Assembly (NCBI GenBank): GCA_963713185.1
Contig: CAVQKV010000004.1
Location: forward strand, 248,416 to 312,415
Direction of reading: 5' to 3'
DNA: 64,000 nt
DNA from: an uncultured Actinomycetes bacterium
GTDB lineage: Bacteria > Actinomycetota > UBA4738 > HRBIN12
Shown: positions 45,470 to 56,780 of the stretch, piece after piece
How positions within the stretch are numbered: position 1 is the stretch's first letter
Layout of the letters: each line of letters begins with the position of its first letter
Translations under genes and position numbers: made by a program
The notes under the pieces: generated by a model
What the model saw: the letters and a program-made list of their open reading frames with translations, nothing else
Told to the model about the DNA's origin: nothing
Database searches by the model: none

Positions 45470-45718
45470 CTAGGACGCTCGCCGAAGGAGCTCTCGGGCG
45501 TGTCTCCACGCGAAGATCGGGACGAACTCGCGAAGCCGAGCACCTGCGAACTCTCCAAGCGCATGCTTGGCCGCTTCGTCGATCCTCTCCTCGGTTTGGT
45601 CCTCGTACTCGCCTGCCAGCTGCTTCTTCAGCCCCGGCAGGGGATCCTTGATGGCCTCTTCCAGTCGGTTACGGCCCCGTGGGCTCATCTGGCTCCCCGA
45701 TCGATCGACCGTCCACAT
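45470..45718 (-). CDS. Small three-helix-bundle (DUF3562-like) protein
   Basis: FAGARLREFVPIFAWRHARE motif. Confidence 0.6.
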   Translation of the reverse strand: MWTVDRSGSQMSPRGRNRLEEAIKDPLPGLKKQLAGEYEDQTEERIDEAAKHALGEFAGARLREFVPIFAWRHARELLRRAS

Positions 45719-45950
45719 GCTCCACCACCGTCGAAACAGCGCAGGTCTTCCGTCCCGATGGTGTTGGGACTCGTCTTCACCCCGTTGGGGGGGATCCTTA
45801 GAAGGCGGTAGGGCCACCGCTCGGCGCCGACTCCGGTGCTCCCAGTGCCCCGGGTAAGCCTCGTCAGGCTGGCTGAGCGGGCTTCTGAACGATGGGTGCT
45901 GGATACGTCTCTGCCGCCGCACCGGTCCCCCCTACGTCTGATGTGCACCG

Positions 45951-46862
45951 TCAGTCAGGCACGAGGAGCAGGTGGTGTACGGGCGGGAGCCCCGTCACGA
46001 GCTCGATCCACGTGAGGCCGCCGTCGTCCGATCCGAACACCCGACCGTCCGCGGTGCCGAACGCGGCGAACGATCCGTCGTTCAGGGCATCGAGGCAGTA
46101 CGTGTCGAGGTTGTCGTCGAACCATCCGGGGAGCCCCATGCGACAGCGCTCGAACCCGCCACCTGCCAGACCCGCCCGGTAGACGCCGGCGTGCCCGCCC
46201 CGCGGTCCGTCAGAGGTCGATACGAGCACCCGGTCCCCGCAGACCACGACCGCGCGGGAATAGCGAGCCTCGAGCCCTTCGTCGCGCAACGACCAGGTTG
46301 CGCCACTGTCGGTGCTCGCCGAGAGTCCTCGCGCGCCGGCGGCGAAGACGAAGCCCTCGGCCGTCGCGACCTGGTGCACGTCCGCGTCCACGTCGATCGT
46401 CGGGTTCCAGGTTCGGCCGTGGTCACTGGTGTGCAGGATGCCTCCCACGTGGACGTTGACGAACACGTCGTCTCCCCACTCGGAGATCGAGCGTGTGTCA
46501 GGAGGTCCGCCCCAGGGGGTGTACCAGGTCTCGCGTCCCTCGGCGGCGTCGAACGCAGGGACCGGCTGGAGTGTGCTATCCGTGAGACGGAACAGGCGAG
46601 CCCCCGAGGTGCCGACATGGACGGCATCGGTCATGGCGATGCAGGTGGCCTCCACACCCTCGAGCCTCGCGACGTGCCGCCACTCGTCTTCAGGCGCGTG
46701 CCAGAGCTCGGCCCGGTCCACGATCGCCCAGAGCTGGGGTCCGTCGCGCACCACAGCGGTCACCGGCCGACCCAGCTGCCGCGTGGGCTCTTCCTGCCCG
46801 CGCTCGTCGAACGTGTGCAGGCCGTCCCGCGCCGCTACGAGGATCTGGGGCATCCCCGGCAT
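45951..46862 (-). CDS. BNR/WD40-YVTN-like beta-propeller protein
   Basis: WYTPWGGPPDTRS, NVHVGGI, SDHGRTW, STDSGATW, SDDGGLTW. Confidence 0.78.
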   Translation of the reverse strand: MPGMPQILVAARDGLHTFDERGQEEPTRQLGRPVTAVVRDGPQLWAIVDRAELWHAPEDEWRHVARLEGVEATCIAMTDAVHVGTSGARLFRLTDSTLQPVPAFDAAEGRETWYTPWGGPPDTRSISEWGDDVFVNVHVGGILHTSDHGRTWNPTIDVDADVHQVATAEGFVFAAGARGLSASTDSGATWSLRDEGLEARYSRAVVVCGDRVLVSTSDGPRGGHAGVYRAGLAGGGFERCRMGLPGWFDDNLDTYCLDALNDGSFAAFGTADGRVFGSDDGGLTWIELVTGLPPVHHLLLVPD

Positions 46863-46968
46863 GCTCTCACGGCGGAAGAGTCCTTCCCATTTCACCGTGG
46901 GGTTCGTCGACGCTCGACGGCCCAGGTAATCGAACCTTGGTAGCTCATCCACGGTCACCATCGACCTG

Positions 46969-47065
46969 GTGGCCGAGCACTCGCGCATGGATGTGGCCCG
47001 GAAGGCGGGGGCGGACACCGATCACATCGATCGGTTGGTCGACCTCGGGATCCTCAGGCCCGACG
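46969..47065 (+). pseudogene. MerR-like N-terminal fragment (as in some actinobacterial cyclases)
   Basis: VARKAGADTDHIDRLVDLGILRP, after which similarity is lost. Confidence 0.35.
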
Positions 47066-47412
47066 TCCTTAGGGCCATGGATCGAACCAACGTTCCTACG
47101 GTCTCCCTGGGGTCGTCGGCGTTCGCCGTCGTAAGGCTCGTTCCGAGTCACGACTCGTTCTGAGTCGATGACGTGCTTCACCTCACGGCACTCGAGCACG
47201 TCCGGAGGCGCCTCGGTGAGGTCGGCTGCCCCCGGACTGGACGGGACGCCCGACGACCAGAGCCGACCGCGACTCCGCCGATCCGCCAGACCCGTGCTCG
47301 AACGGGCGTCGGCGGGCGCGTTGGACGAAGAGCGGCCGGGCCCTCGCGACGCCTCTCTCTGACTCGATCACCATCGAGCCCCCGGATGCTTGCAGCGAAC
47401 GGGCGGCGGCAG

Positions 47413-48279
47413 ATGCGACGAGCTGGCGTAGTGTTCGCAAGCGTGAGCCGGGGACGACGCGAAGGCAGACCGACGCACGGGGGTCGGGTCATCATCTACC
47501 CCGACCGCATCGCCGCCGTCGTCTTCGACATGGACGGGGTCGTGACGGACACCGCGTCGGTCCACGCCGACGCTTGGGCGCGGCTGTTCGACGGATTCCT
47601 CCAGGCTCGGGCGGTGAGCACCGGTGAGACGTTCCGGCCGTTCATGCCCGATGACTACCGGCGCTTCATCGATGGCAGGCCACGGTACGACGGCGTCCGG
47701 AGCTTCCTCGGGGCCAGAGGCATCAGGCTCCCGGATGGGGACGCCTCCGATCCACCCGACCGGGAGACGGTCTGCGGGCTCGGGAACCGCAAGGACGGCT
47801 ATTTCCTCGAGCACCTCCACGAGCACGGCGTCGCCGCATTCCCGACCACCGTCGTCTTGGTCGAGGAGCTGCGGGCGGCCGGCGTTCGAACCGCCGTGAT
47901 CTCCGCGAGCAGGAACCTCGACGAGGTGCTTGCGGCCGCGCGCGTCGAGCACCTCTTCGATCTGCGGGTGGGAGGTGCGGAGGCGGATCGCCTCGGGCTG
48001 GCCGGGAAGCCCGACCCCGCCATCTTCCTCGAGGCCGCTCGGCGCCTCGGGATCGACCCGCGACGTGCGGCCGTGGTGGAGGATGCGCTGGCCGGCGTCG
48101 AAGCGGGGCAGCGGGGAGGGTTCATGCTCGTGATCGGGGTGGACCGTTCCGATCACCGGGCCGAACTCCTCGCGGCCGGGGCCGACGTCGTGGTCCGCGA
48201 TCTCGGTGAGGTGACCGTGTCGAGCGGATCGGCACCCACCGTCGAGGGGACGGGCGCCGGAAAGGGAGCATCGGGCTGA
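47413..48279 (+). CDS. HAD hydrolase, beta-phosphoglucomutase family
   Basis: FDMDGVVTDTA, DGRPRYDGVRSFL, GKPDPAIF, VEDA; start uncertain. Confidence 0.88.
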   Translation: MRRAGVVFASVSRGRREGRPTHGGRVIIYPDRIAAVVFDMDGVVTDTASVHADAWARLFDGFLQARAVSTGETFRPFMPDDYRRFIDGRPRYDGVRSFLGARGIRLPDGDASDPPDRETVCGLGNRKDGYFLEHLHEHGVAAFPTTVVLVEELRAAGVRTAVISASRNLDEVLAAARVEHLFDLRVGGAEADRLGLAGKPDPAIFLEAARRLGIDPRRAAVVEDALAGVEAGQRGGFMLVIGVDRSDHRAELLAAGADVVVRDLGEVTVSSGSAPTVEGTGAGKGASG

Positions 48280-50678
48280 ACGGCTGGGAGCTCGTCCACG
48301 AGGGGTTCGACCCGGATCGCGAGGGCCTCCGCGAGGCCCTGTGCACGTTGGGGAACGGACGCTTCGCCACACGCGGCGCGGCGCCCGAGGCGTTCGCCGA
48401 CGGCGTTCACTACCCGGGTACCTATGCGGCCGGCGTCTACAACCGGCTCACGACGTCCCTCGGCGGACGAGAGGTGGAGAACGAGGACCTCGTCAACCTG
48501 CCGAACTGGCTCCCGCTCGGATTCCGGGTCGAGGGCGGGGGGTGGTTCGACGTCCGCACGGTCGAGCTCCTGGGTTACCGGCAGGAGTTGAACCTGCGGA
48601 CGGGCACCCTCTCGCGCCACGTTCGGTTCCGCAACCATGACGGGTTCGAGTCGAGGCTCATCCAGCGCCGGATCGTCTCGATGGACGACCCGCATCTCGC
48701 CGCGCTCGAAACCACGATCGTGGCGGAGAACTGGTCGGGGCGGCTCCACGTTCGATCCTCGCTGGACGGCGCGGTGGTCAACGCGGGGGTCCCTCGGTAC
48801 CGGGACCTCGCCAACCGCCACCTCGCGCCCGTCGAGCAGCGCGTCGTCGACGACGAGACCGTGGGCCTGACGGTCGAGACGACCCAGTCACACGTTCGCG
48901 TCGCCGTCGCGGCACGGACGAGGGCGTACCGCAACGGCGAGTCGGCAGATGGCGACCGCCGTCTGCTCGACGAGCGCGGCCGGATCGGTCATGAGCTGTC
49001 GCTCGACCTCGCCCTCGGGGACGCCGTGATGGTGGAGAAGGTCGTGACCCTCTTCACCTCGAGGGATCAGGCCGCTTCGGACCCCGGCTACGAGGCCGGA
49101 GCGTGGGTCACGAGGTCCGACAGCTTCGAGCGGCTGCACGAACGTCACCGGGCGGCGTGGGATCGACTGTGGGAGCGGTTCGACATCGCGATCGAGGGGC
49201 CCGAGCGGGCGCAACTGGTCCTGCGACTCCACGTGTTCCACATGCTGCAGACGTTGTCTCCGCACACGATCGACCTCGACGTCGGGGTCCCGGCTCGCGG
49301 GCTGCACGGGGAGGCGTATCGAGGCCATGTCTTCTGGGATGAGCTGTTCGTCTTCCCGTTGCTCAACTACCGGCTGCCGATCCTCACCAGGTCCCTGCTC
49401 GAGTACCGGCACCGCCGGCTCCGGCAGGCCCGGTGGGCGGCGCGCGAGGCCGGCTACGGGGGAGCCCTGTTCCCGTGGCAGAGTGGCAGCGACGGCCGGG
49501 AGGAGACGCAGCCTCTGCATCTCAACCCGCGATCCGGCCGATGGCTCCCGGACCACTCGCACCTCCAGCGACACGTCAATCTCGCGATCGCGTACAACGT
49601 CTGGCAGCACTTCCAGGTCACGGGGGACGTCGGCTTCCTCCGGTACCACGGGGCCGAGATCGTCCTTGAGTGCGCGCGCCTGTTCTCGAGCCTCGCCACG
49701 TACGAACCGGCTCGCGAGCGGTACGACATCCGCGGAGTCATGGGACCCGACGAGTACCACGATGCCTATCCCGGGCGCGAGACGCCCGGGTACGACAACA
49801 ACGCCTACACGAACGTGATGACGGCGTGGCTGATGTGTCGGGCCCTGGAGACCAGGGACGTGCTGCCCGCGCACCTGTGGAGCGAGCTCCGGGACGAGCT
49901 CGGCGTGACCGAGGAGGAGCTGGGCCGGTGGGACGATCTCAGCCGCCGGATCTTCGTGCCGTTCCACGACGGCGTCATCAGCCAGTTCGAGGGATACGAC
50001 GGACTCCGGGAGCTCGACTGGGAGGCCTACCGGCGACGGTACGGCGACATCGGAAGGCTCGACCGGATCCTGGAGGCCGAGGGGGACACCCCGAACCGGT
50101 ATCGGTTGTCCAAGCAGGCAGACGTCCTGATGTTGTTCTACCTGCTGTCGGCGCGAGAGCTGGCGGAGCTGTTCGAGCGGTTGGGGTACCCGTTCGATCC
50201 CGAGCGGGATATCGGGCGGAACGTGGACTACTACCTGGCGCGGACCTCGGACGGCTCGACGCTGTCGGGCGTGGTCCACGCCTGGGTCCTCGCTCGGCTC
50301 GACCGCGCTCGCTCCTGGGACCGCTTCATCGCGGCCCTCGAGAGCGACGTGGCCGATACCCAGGGAGGGACCACCCCGGAGGGGATCCACCTCGGTGCGA
50401 TGGCCGGCACGGTGGACATCGTTCAGCGCGCGTATACGGGTCTGGTCGCGCGCCAGGACTGCCTGTGGTTCGAGCCCGCCCTCCCGAAGGAGCTGACACG
50501 CCTGGAGATGGAGCTGCACTATCGACAGCAACGGCTCAGGGTCGAGGTCACGCCCGATCGTCTCCGCTTGGTCACGCGTCCGGGAACGGCCGCACCGATC
50601 CGCGTGGGCTTCCAGGGCGTCGTCGTGGAGCTGCGCCCCGGCACCGCGACCGAATGGCCGCTGGACTCGGGAAGCTAG
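48276..50678 (+). CDS. Glycoside hydrolase family 65 (trehalose/maltose-type phosphorylase)
   Basis: EALCTLGNGRFATRG, ARGLHGEAYRGHVFWDE, GPDEYH, KQADVLML, EGIHLGAM. Homology extends upstream to a CTG at 48276. Confidence 0.92.
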   Translation: MNGWELVHEGFDPDREGLREALCTLGNGRFATRGAAPEAFADGVHYPGTYAAGVYNRLTTSLGGREVENEDLVNLPNWLPLGFRVEGGGWFDVRTVELLGYRQELNLRTGTLSRHVRFRNHDGFESRLIQRRIVSMDDPHLAALETTIVAENWSGRLHVRSSLDGAVVNAGVPRYRDLANRHLAPVEQRVVDDETVGLTVETTQSHVRVAVAARTRAYRNGESADGDRRLLDERGRIGHELSLDLALGDAVMVEKVVTLFTSRDQAASDPGYEAGAWVTRSDSFERLHERHRAAWDRLWERFDIAIEGPERAQLVLRLHVFHMLQTLSPHTIDLDVGVPARGLHGEAYRGHVFWDELFVFPLLNYRLPILTRSLLEYRHRRLRQARWAAREAGYGGALFPWQSGSDGREETQPLHLNPRSGRWLPDHSHLQRHVNLAIAYNVWQHFQVTGDVGFLRYHGAEIVLECARLFSSLATYEPARERYDIRGVMGPDEYHDAYPGRETPGYDNNAYTNVMTAWLMCRALETRDVLPAHLWSELRDELGVTEEELGRWDDLSRRIFVPFHDGVISQFEGYDGLRELDWEAYRRRYGDIGRLDRILEAEGDTPNRYRLSKQADVLMLFYLLSARELAELFERLGYPFDPERDIGRNVDYYLARTSDGSTLSGVVHAWVLARLDRARSWDRFIAALESDVADTQGGTTPEGIHLGAMAGTVDIVQRAYTGLVARQDCLWFEPALPKELTRLEMELHYRQQRLRVEVTPDRLRLVTRPGTAAPIRVGFQGVVVELRPGTATEWPLDSGS

Positions 50679-50720
50679 ATCCGCAGGTCGGAGAGGCGAC
50701 AGAGGGGGAGTCGAACTCCT
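50678..50720 (-). repeat. att-like repeat copy B: degenerate tRNA-Leu 3' end plus flank
   Basis: gatccgcaggtc-ggagag-gcgacagagggggagtcgaactcc matches 62325-62368 (gatccgcaggtcagagggagtgcgagaggggagagtcgaactcc). Confidence 0.7.
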
Positions 50721-50938
50721 ACTCCTCGGCGCTCGCGATCGGAGTGACCGTGTGGGCTGCTCCGGAAGGGGCTCGCCTCTGTAAGTCCATCGGCCGACTG
50801 CCTGCACCGCTCGAGAGCGTTTCAGGATGCAGGATCCGCTTCGGACGGGGAAGGCGTCGTCGTCGATCGATGTCAGCTTCGGAACCGCCGGGGTGAGCGT
50901 CGGGTTTCGTCCGCGACAACTCGCAGAAGGGGTCTTCG

Positions 50939-53563
50939 ATGCACCGATCGAGAACCAGACCGGTCAGGGTAGTGCGGTCGCTGACGACCGCCCTGACCCT
51001 CGCCGCATCCGTGGGGATTGCCACGCCGGTGCAAGCCGACGTCTGCTCCTCGGGAGCCCATACGCTCTCCACGTTCGGGGATCGGGTGTACCCGGAGATG
51101 GGCAACGGCGGCTACCGAAGCGTCCACACGGACATCCACATCGTCTATGACACCGCGACGAACCTGTTCCTGCCCGGCAACCACGTCGAACTCACCGATC
51201 AGGCGACACAGTGTCTGAGCGACTTCAGCCTAGACTTCGAGCGCAGCTCCGCCAATCTCAGCGCCGGCCCGAACATGACCGTGGATTCGATCACGGTGAA
51301 CGGCGATCCCGCGACGTTCACGTTCGTCCAGCCGACCTACCCAGGCGACCCGAACGGGCAGGACGATCCCGACCCGGCAGCGCACGCCGTCTCGAACGTG
51401 AATCCCGTGAGCGCTTCGAACCCGAACCCGCCCGCGTGTTCTCCCCAGGTCGGCAACAACTCCCAGAATGGTCAGCAGTGCCCCGCCAACAAGCTGGTGA
51501 TCACGCCCTCGGCTCCGATCCCTGACGGGTCGATGTTCACGATCTCGATCGCCTACACGGGCAGGCCAGGGGTCTACAACGACGGGGACGGCACGACCGA
51601 GGGATGGTTCAGGTCGAACACCGCCGCTGCGCCGAACGACGGCGCCTTCGTCACCACCGAGCCGGTCGGCAGCATGGCCTGGATGCCGCTCAACAACCAC
51701 CCGAGCGCCAAGCCGACCTACGACATCTACGACACCGTCAACGCCGGCAAGACCGCGATCTCCGCCGGTGAACTCGTCTCCGTGCAAGACAATCCACCCG
51801 ACGCCAACTTCCCCGGCGGTTCGGTGACCTGGCACTGGCACTCGCCCGAGCCGATCGCCAGCTACCTGTTGACGAACAGCATCGGGAGCTTCGACCTCAC
51901 CCACCAGATCATCGATGGGATCGACTACTTCCAGGCGCAAGCGAGCTCTCTCTCCGCCAACGCGAAGGCGGCGAACAAGGCGATCATGGACCAACAGCCG
52001 GACATCACCCGGTTCGAGAGCCAGTTCAACGGGCCTTTCCCCTTCACCGCGAACGGCGTCCAGATCGGCCTCATCACCGCAGGCTTCGAGGAGGAGATGC
52101 AGACGAAGATCGCGTTCCAGCGCGGCACGATCTCCCTGGGAACCTTCAACCACGAGAACATGCACCAGTGGTTCGGGGACAACGTCTCCGAGGCGGCCTT
52201 CAACCTGACCTTCTGGAAGGAGGGCTGGGCGACCGTCGGGCAGTACCTGCAGTCGGCGCGCACCGTGCAGACGAACGCTGGGGGCCCGGGTACGCCCGCC
52301 GGGGATGCCGCCTTCGATACGAGTCTGATCAACCGCTTCAACACGAACTACGGGAACGGTGGCTCGTTCTGGACGGGCGCGCCATCGAAGCCGACCGTCG
52401 GCACCCTGTTCACCACCAGTTTCACCTACACGCGCCCGGGCACCGCGTACCTCGCCCTCCGTCAGATCCTCGACGCGTCGGCGTCGAGGCCGGCATCGGA
52501 CCGGTGGATCGGCGCGATGAAGCAGATCCAGAGCGACTTCGGCGGCGGCACCATCACCGAGGCGCAGCTGGAGGACGTGTTCCACCAGTGGTTGCCGAAC
52601 CAGAGCACCGGATGCCACGCGAGGCTCGATGACTTCTTCATGCAGTGGTTCGATACCGCCTACCCGGGCGGCGGCGGCCTCAACAGGCCGCAGATCACCG
52701 GGCCCGGATTGGCCGGGCCGGGCTTCTACGACGACAACGGCCCCTGCACCCGGGCCGACCAGACGATCACCTTCGACCCGTTGCCGGACCGGTCCTTCGG
52801 CGACCCCGACTTCAACGTGACGGCGTCTTCAGATTCGGGCCTGCCCGTGTCGTTCGCCGCGGGTGGTCCGTGCTCCGTCTCCGGCAACACGGTGCACATC
52901 ACGGGCCTCGGCTCGTGCACAATCACCGCCTCGCAGGCGGGGGACGGTGTCTTCAAGCCCGCGATGCGCGTCTCACAGACGTTCCTGATCCGACCGACGC
53001 TCACGGCTCTCAGCGACGCTCACGTGTGGGTGGGGCTGAAGAACAGCGACGACCAAGGCACCCGTTTCGATCTCCAGGTCGAGCTGCTGAAGAACAGCAC
53101 CCCGGTCGCATCGGGCCTGCTCCGGTGCGTCACCGGCGTCACGAGGAACTCGTCACTCGCGAAGGAGGTCATCGTCCCCTGGGATCCCTTCTCGGCCGTG
53201 ACCCTTGGACCTGGTGATGTACTGGCCCTGAGGGTTTCCACGAGGATCGGGACGAACGCGAACAACACCAAGTGCGCCGGTCACAACAACGCGGTAGGGC
53301 TGCGGCTCTACTACGACGCGCTGGATCGAGCATCGAGCGTCGGCGCCACCCTCAGCCCCGATCCGAGCATCAGCCTCTACTTACATTCCGACGGTTCGGT
53401 CTGCCCAGCGAATGGTGAGAGTGCTGGAGTCACGACACGCTCGCTCGACCCGTCGGCTCCGACCGCGACGAGCGCGAAGTGCAAGGATTCGAGCAGCATC
53501 AACTTCAACGGCGGGAACCCGTGGGCGGTGATCGGCGTGTGGAGCCGTCCTCCGCAGGCGTAG
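50939..53563 (+). CDS. Secreted M1 family aminopeptidase with Ig-like C-terminal domains
   Basis: Signal peptide, YPEMGNGGY, NNHPSAK, HENMH-x18-E (FWKEG), QTITF Ig-like segment. Confidence 0.85.
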   Translation: MHRSRTRPVRVVRSLTTALTLAASVGIATPVQADVCSSGAHTLSTFGDRVYPEMGNGGYRSVHTDIHIVYDTATNLFLPGNHVELTDQATQCLSDFSLDFERSSANLSAGPNMTVDSITVNGDPATFTFVQPTYPGDPNGQDDPDPAAHAVSNVNPVSASNPNPPACSPQVGNNSQNGQQCPANKLVITPSAPIPDGSMFTISIAYTGRPGVYNDGDGTTEGWFRSNTAAAPNDGAFVTTEPVGSMAWMPLNNHPSAKPTYDIYDTVNAGKTAISAGELVSVQDNPPDANFPGGSVTWHWHSPEPIASYLLTNSIGSFDLTHQIIDGIDYFQAQASSLSANAKAANKAIMDQQPDITRFESQFNGPFPFTANGVQIGLITAGFEEEMQTKIAFQRGTISLGTFNHENMHQWFGDNVSEAAFNLTFWKEGWATVGQYLQSARTVQTNAGGPGTPAGDAAFDTSLINRFNTNYGNGGSFWTGAPSKPTVGTLFTTSFTYTRPGTAYLALRQILDASASRPASDRWIGAMKQIQSDFGGGTITEAQLEDVFHQWLPNQSTGCHARLDDFFMQWFDTAYPGGGGLNRPQITGPGLAGPGFYDDNGPCTRADQTITFDPLPDRSFGDPDFNVTASSDSGLPVSFAAGGPCSVSGNTVHITGLGSCTITASQAGDGVFKPAMRVSQTFLIRPTLTALSDAHVWVGLKNSDDQGTRFDLQVELLKNSTPVASGLLRCVTGVTRNSSLAKEVIVPWDPFSAVTLGPGDVLALRVSTRIGTNANNTKCAGHNNAVGLRLYYDALDRASSVGATLSPDPSISLYLHSDGSVCPANGESAGVTTRSLDPSAPTATSAKCKDSSSINFNGGNPWAVIGVWSRPPQA

Positions 53564-53672
53564 GTGAGCTCGAGGGTCTCGAGTGCGGGCGCCGGGCCGG
53601 CCCCCACATCCAGGTCACCGCGATGGACGTTCCGACGGACGGCACGACGTTGCCGGGCACGCTCGATGACGA

Positions 53673-54518
53673 TTAGACATCTGTTGTCGATCTCGTGAGC
53701 TCCTCGCTCACCTCCCAGATTCGCCGCTGAAGTTGCGTGTTCGTTGCCTCGGCGGTCGCTTGGATCTCCTTCCGGCCGTGGTAGAAGCGGCCGTTGCTCC
53801 CGGCAAGCTCGGGTGCGGTCGCGAGATCGGCCACGGACCGACCCGCGCGCACGGCGGAGCCGGAGACGAGCCAGGTGAGCATCCGGAACGGCGCGGGCGC
53901 CTCCCGCATGATGCTCGAGCGCACCCGTCCCGGATGGACGGCGTTGACGGTGACCCCCGTGCCTGTCAGCCGGCGCGCGAGCTCGAAGGTGAACATCAGG
54001 TTCGCCACCTTCGAAGCGCCGAAGGCCGCGAACGGTCGGTAGCGCCGCTCGCCTTGGAGATCGTCGAAGTCGATCTTGGTTGTCGCCGGAGCCGTCACGT
54101 TCAGGACCCGCGCGGACCCGGTCCGCTTCAAGAGGTCCAGGAGCTGGTTCGTGAGGAGGAAGTAGGCCAAGTGGTTCAGCGCGAAGGTCATCTCGAGGCC
54201 GTCGACGGTCACGCGGCGTCGTCGGAAGAAGGCGCCGGCACAGTTGACGAGCACGTCGAGACGGTCGTGATCGCGGCGGAACACCCCGGCCAGCTCGCGG
54301 ATCGAGTCCTGTGAGGAGAGGTCGGCGACGAGTACCTCGACCCGGTCGCTCCCGGTCGTCCGCCGGATCTCCTCGACCGTTGCCTCCCCCCTGGCGCCGT
54401 CGCGCGCGACCAGGACCGTCGTCGCCTCCATCGCCGCGAGCGCCTGAGCGGTCGCCTTCCCGATCCCAGAGGTGGCGCCGGTGACGAGGCAGATCCGGTC
54501 GACGATCTGGTCGGTCAC
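53673..54518 (-). CDS. Short-chain dehydrogenase/reductase
   Basis: [32 protein letters not shown]; catalytic YxxxK appears as FGASK. Confidence 0.85.
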   Translation of the reverse strand: MTDQIVDRICLVTGATSGIGKATAQALAAMEATTVLVARDGARGEATVEEIRRTTGSDRVEVLVADLSSQDSIRELAGVFRRDHDRLDVLVNCAGAFFRRRRVTVDGLEMTFALNHLAYFLLTNQLLDLLKRTGSARVLNVTAPATTKIDFDDLQGERRYRPFAAFGASKVANLMFTFELARRLTGTGVTVNAVHPGRVRSSIMREAPAPFRMLTWLVSGSAVRAGRSVADLATAPELAGSNGRFYHGRKEIQATAEATNTQLQRRIWEVSEELTRSTTDV

Positions 54519-55194
54519 TGTACGACCGCGATGTTGAACGTGCCGGTTCCGAGCGCACCCCAGATCCGGAGCCACAGCGGCAGGTACATCTCGGTACCGC
54601 GAGCGGTGGTGATGTCGCCGAGGTCAAGGACGTGCCTCCAGCCGAACGAGCGCAGGATCTCCGTCACCTGGGCCTTGGCCTGCTCGTCGTTCCCGCTCAC
54701 GAAGACCGTGTGCTCGCCGGCACCGACGAGCGAGGGATCGGCCATCACGAACGCGTTCATCGTGTTCAGCGCCTTCACGATCTTCATCCGGGGGAACGCA
54801 CGCTGGATCTGCTCCCGAGCGAGTCCGTCTTCGAGACTAACAGGGACGGCGGCATGCCTTGGGAGACGTCGAGGGGGTTGGCGATGTCGATGAGCACCTT
54901 GCCGTCGAGGTTCGCCTCACCGGCCGCGTGGAGCGCCTCGAGCGAACCTGCGCCGTTCGTCGCGTTGACGAGGAGCTCGCCGTGCTCGGCCGCCTCGGCG
55001 AAGCTTCCGAGTCCGACGTCGGTGTTCCTGACGTGCCAGTCGGCGAACATCTCGTGGGTGATCTGGTTGGGCTCGGTCGATGCGAGGAGCGCCGCCACGT
55101 CCCGCGTGCCGATCGTGACCTCGTAACCGAGTTCGACGAGCCGTGCGCCGATCGTGCGCCCGACGGTACCGGTCCCGAGGACTCCGACCTTCAT
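54515..55194 (-). CDS. NADPH-dependent F420 reductase family oxidoreductase (frameshift near 54815)
   Basis: [28 protein letters not shown]. Confidence 0.85.
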
Positions 55195-55342
55195 GACACG
55201 CCCACCGCGCGGTAGCCGTCGCGGTAGAACAGCCGCTCGCACCGCACGGCGCGGGCTGGACCGTCGAACGCGGCAAGGTGCGATTTGACCTAGGGACGTG
55301 GCGATGTGTATGTGAAGGCCTCTTCTGGGAGGAGGGGGGGCC

Positions 55343-56383
55343 ATGCTACGTCGTTCGGTCTTCGTGGTCGGTGCCGTCGTCCTTGTCGCGATCGCTGCCC
55401 TGGCGCCGCCAGCGGCTGCCGTTCCCGCCTATGACTTCGCGACGCCCGTGTTCGGGCTCGCCACGCGGGGCGACTCGCTCCTGGCAGCTGATGCTGGTGC
55501 AGGCATCGTTCGGCTCGGCGCCGACACGGGTAAGCTCGTCGTCGAGCTCCCGGGCGTCACGGACGTGGCGCCGCTGAAAGACGGCCGCATGTGGGCACTA
55601 ACCAGCGCTCCGAAGGATCGCAAGCTGTACCGGGTCGCTGACCGACAGCCCCGCGTCGTCGCGAACCTCGGCAAGTTCGAGCGCACGGTCAATCCCGACG
55701 AAGGTGAGATCGACTCCAACCCCTTCGATCTGGCCAAGCTTCCCCACGGGGAAGTGCTCGTCGCGGACGCCGCCGCGAACGCGCTGTTGATCGCCAACCG
55801 AGAGGGCGACGTGGACTGGGTGGCGACGCTCCCTGATGAGGTGGTCTCCACGGCCAACGCCAAGGCCCTCGTCGGGTGTCCGAACGCAGACCCTGACTTC
55901 GCCGACATCTGCGCGCTGCCCGCGCAGATCCCCGCCCAAGCGGTGACGACGAGTGTGGCCGTGGGACCCGATGGTGCGTACTACCTGACTGAGCTCAAGG
56001 GGTTCCCCGCGCCGCTAGGCGAGTCCCGTGTCTGGCGCATCGAGCCTGGGACTCTGCACGCTCACTGCGACGTTGACGTTACCGATTCGCCGTGTTCCGT
56101 CGTCGCCGACGGGTTTACCTCGATCGTTGACATCAACTTCGCCCCGGACGGCACGGCGTTCGTGGTCGAGCTCGACGAGGCGAGCTGGGCCGCGGTTGAG
56201 ATCGTTCCCGACAAAGCTGCCGGCGGAACGGTGAACGAGTGCAGCTCGACGACCTGGACGTGCACACAGAACGCCACCGCACTGTCGATGCCGACGGCAG
56301 TCGCCGTGAACGACTCTGGAGCGGCGTTCGCGGTGGTCTCTGCGCTGGTTCCAGGTGAGGCGGAGGTGATCGAGCTGAGCTGA
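55343..56383 (+). CDS. ScyD/ScyE family secreted beta-propeller protein
   Basis: DSNPF, VADAAAN, VGPDGAYYLTELKGFP. Confidence 0.8.
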   Translation: MLRRSVFVVGAVVLVAIAALAPPAAAVPAYDFATPVFGLATRGDSLLAADAGAGIVRLGADTGKLVVELPGVTDVAPLKDGRMWALTSAPKDRKLYRVADRQPRVVANLGKFERTVNPDEGEIDSNPFDLAKLPHGEVLVADAAANALLIANREGDVDWVATLPDEVVSTANAKALVGCPNADPDFADICALPAQIPAQAVTTSVAVGPDGAYYLTELKGFPAPLGESRVWRIEPGTLHAHCDVDVTDSPCSVVADGFTSIVDINFAPDGTAFVVELDEASWAAVEIVPDKAAGGTVNECSSTTWTCTQNATALSMPTAVAVNDSGAAFAVVSALVPGEAEVIELS

Positions 56384-56456
56384 CGCATCGCAGTCAGGTA
56401 CCTGCCTGGAGTCTCCCCCCGCCGCCTGGCGCCCGACACCTGTTACCACCAGGTTC

Positions 56457-56780
56457 TCGGGGGAAAACGTCGCGATGGTGCTCGCGCCGATGGTGGCGCT
56501 CGGGGCGGCGCTCCGGCTGTCGCGCTGGCCGCGGTTCGCGCTCGGGATGGGGACCGTCGCGTTCTTCGTCGTGCTCACCGGCGCCGAGCCCTCCGTGATG
56601 CGAGCCGGCGTGATGGCCGGGCTCGCCCTCATCGGCATCCTGCTCGGCCGGCCGAGGAGCACCGGCTCGATCCTGGCCGGCGCGGTCCTGATCCTCCTCG
56701 TGATCGATCCCGCGCTCGTCTGGTCGGTCGAGTTCCAGCTGTCGGTCGCGGCCACCGCAAGCATGGTCGCGCTGGCGAGC
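56457..56780 (+). pseudogene. comEC: comEC internal fragment (Competence domain)
   Basis: SGENVAMV...LTGAEPSVMRAGVM...IDP...FQLSVAAT; both ends missing. Confidence 0.82.
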
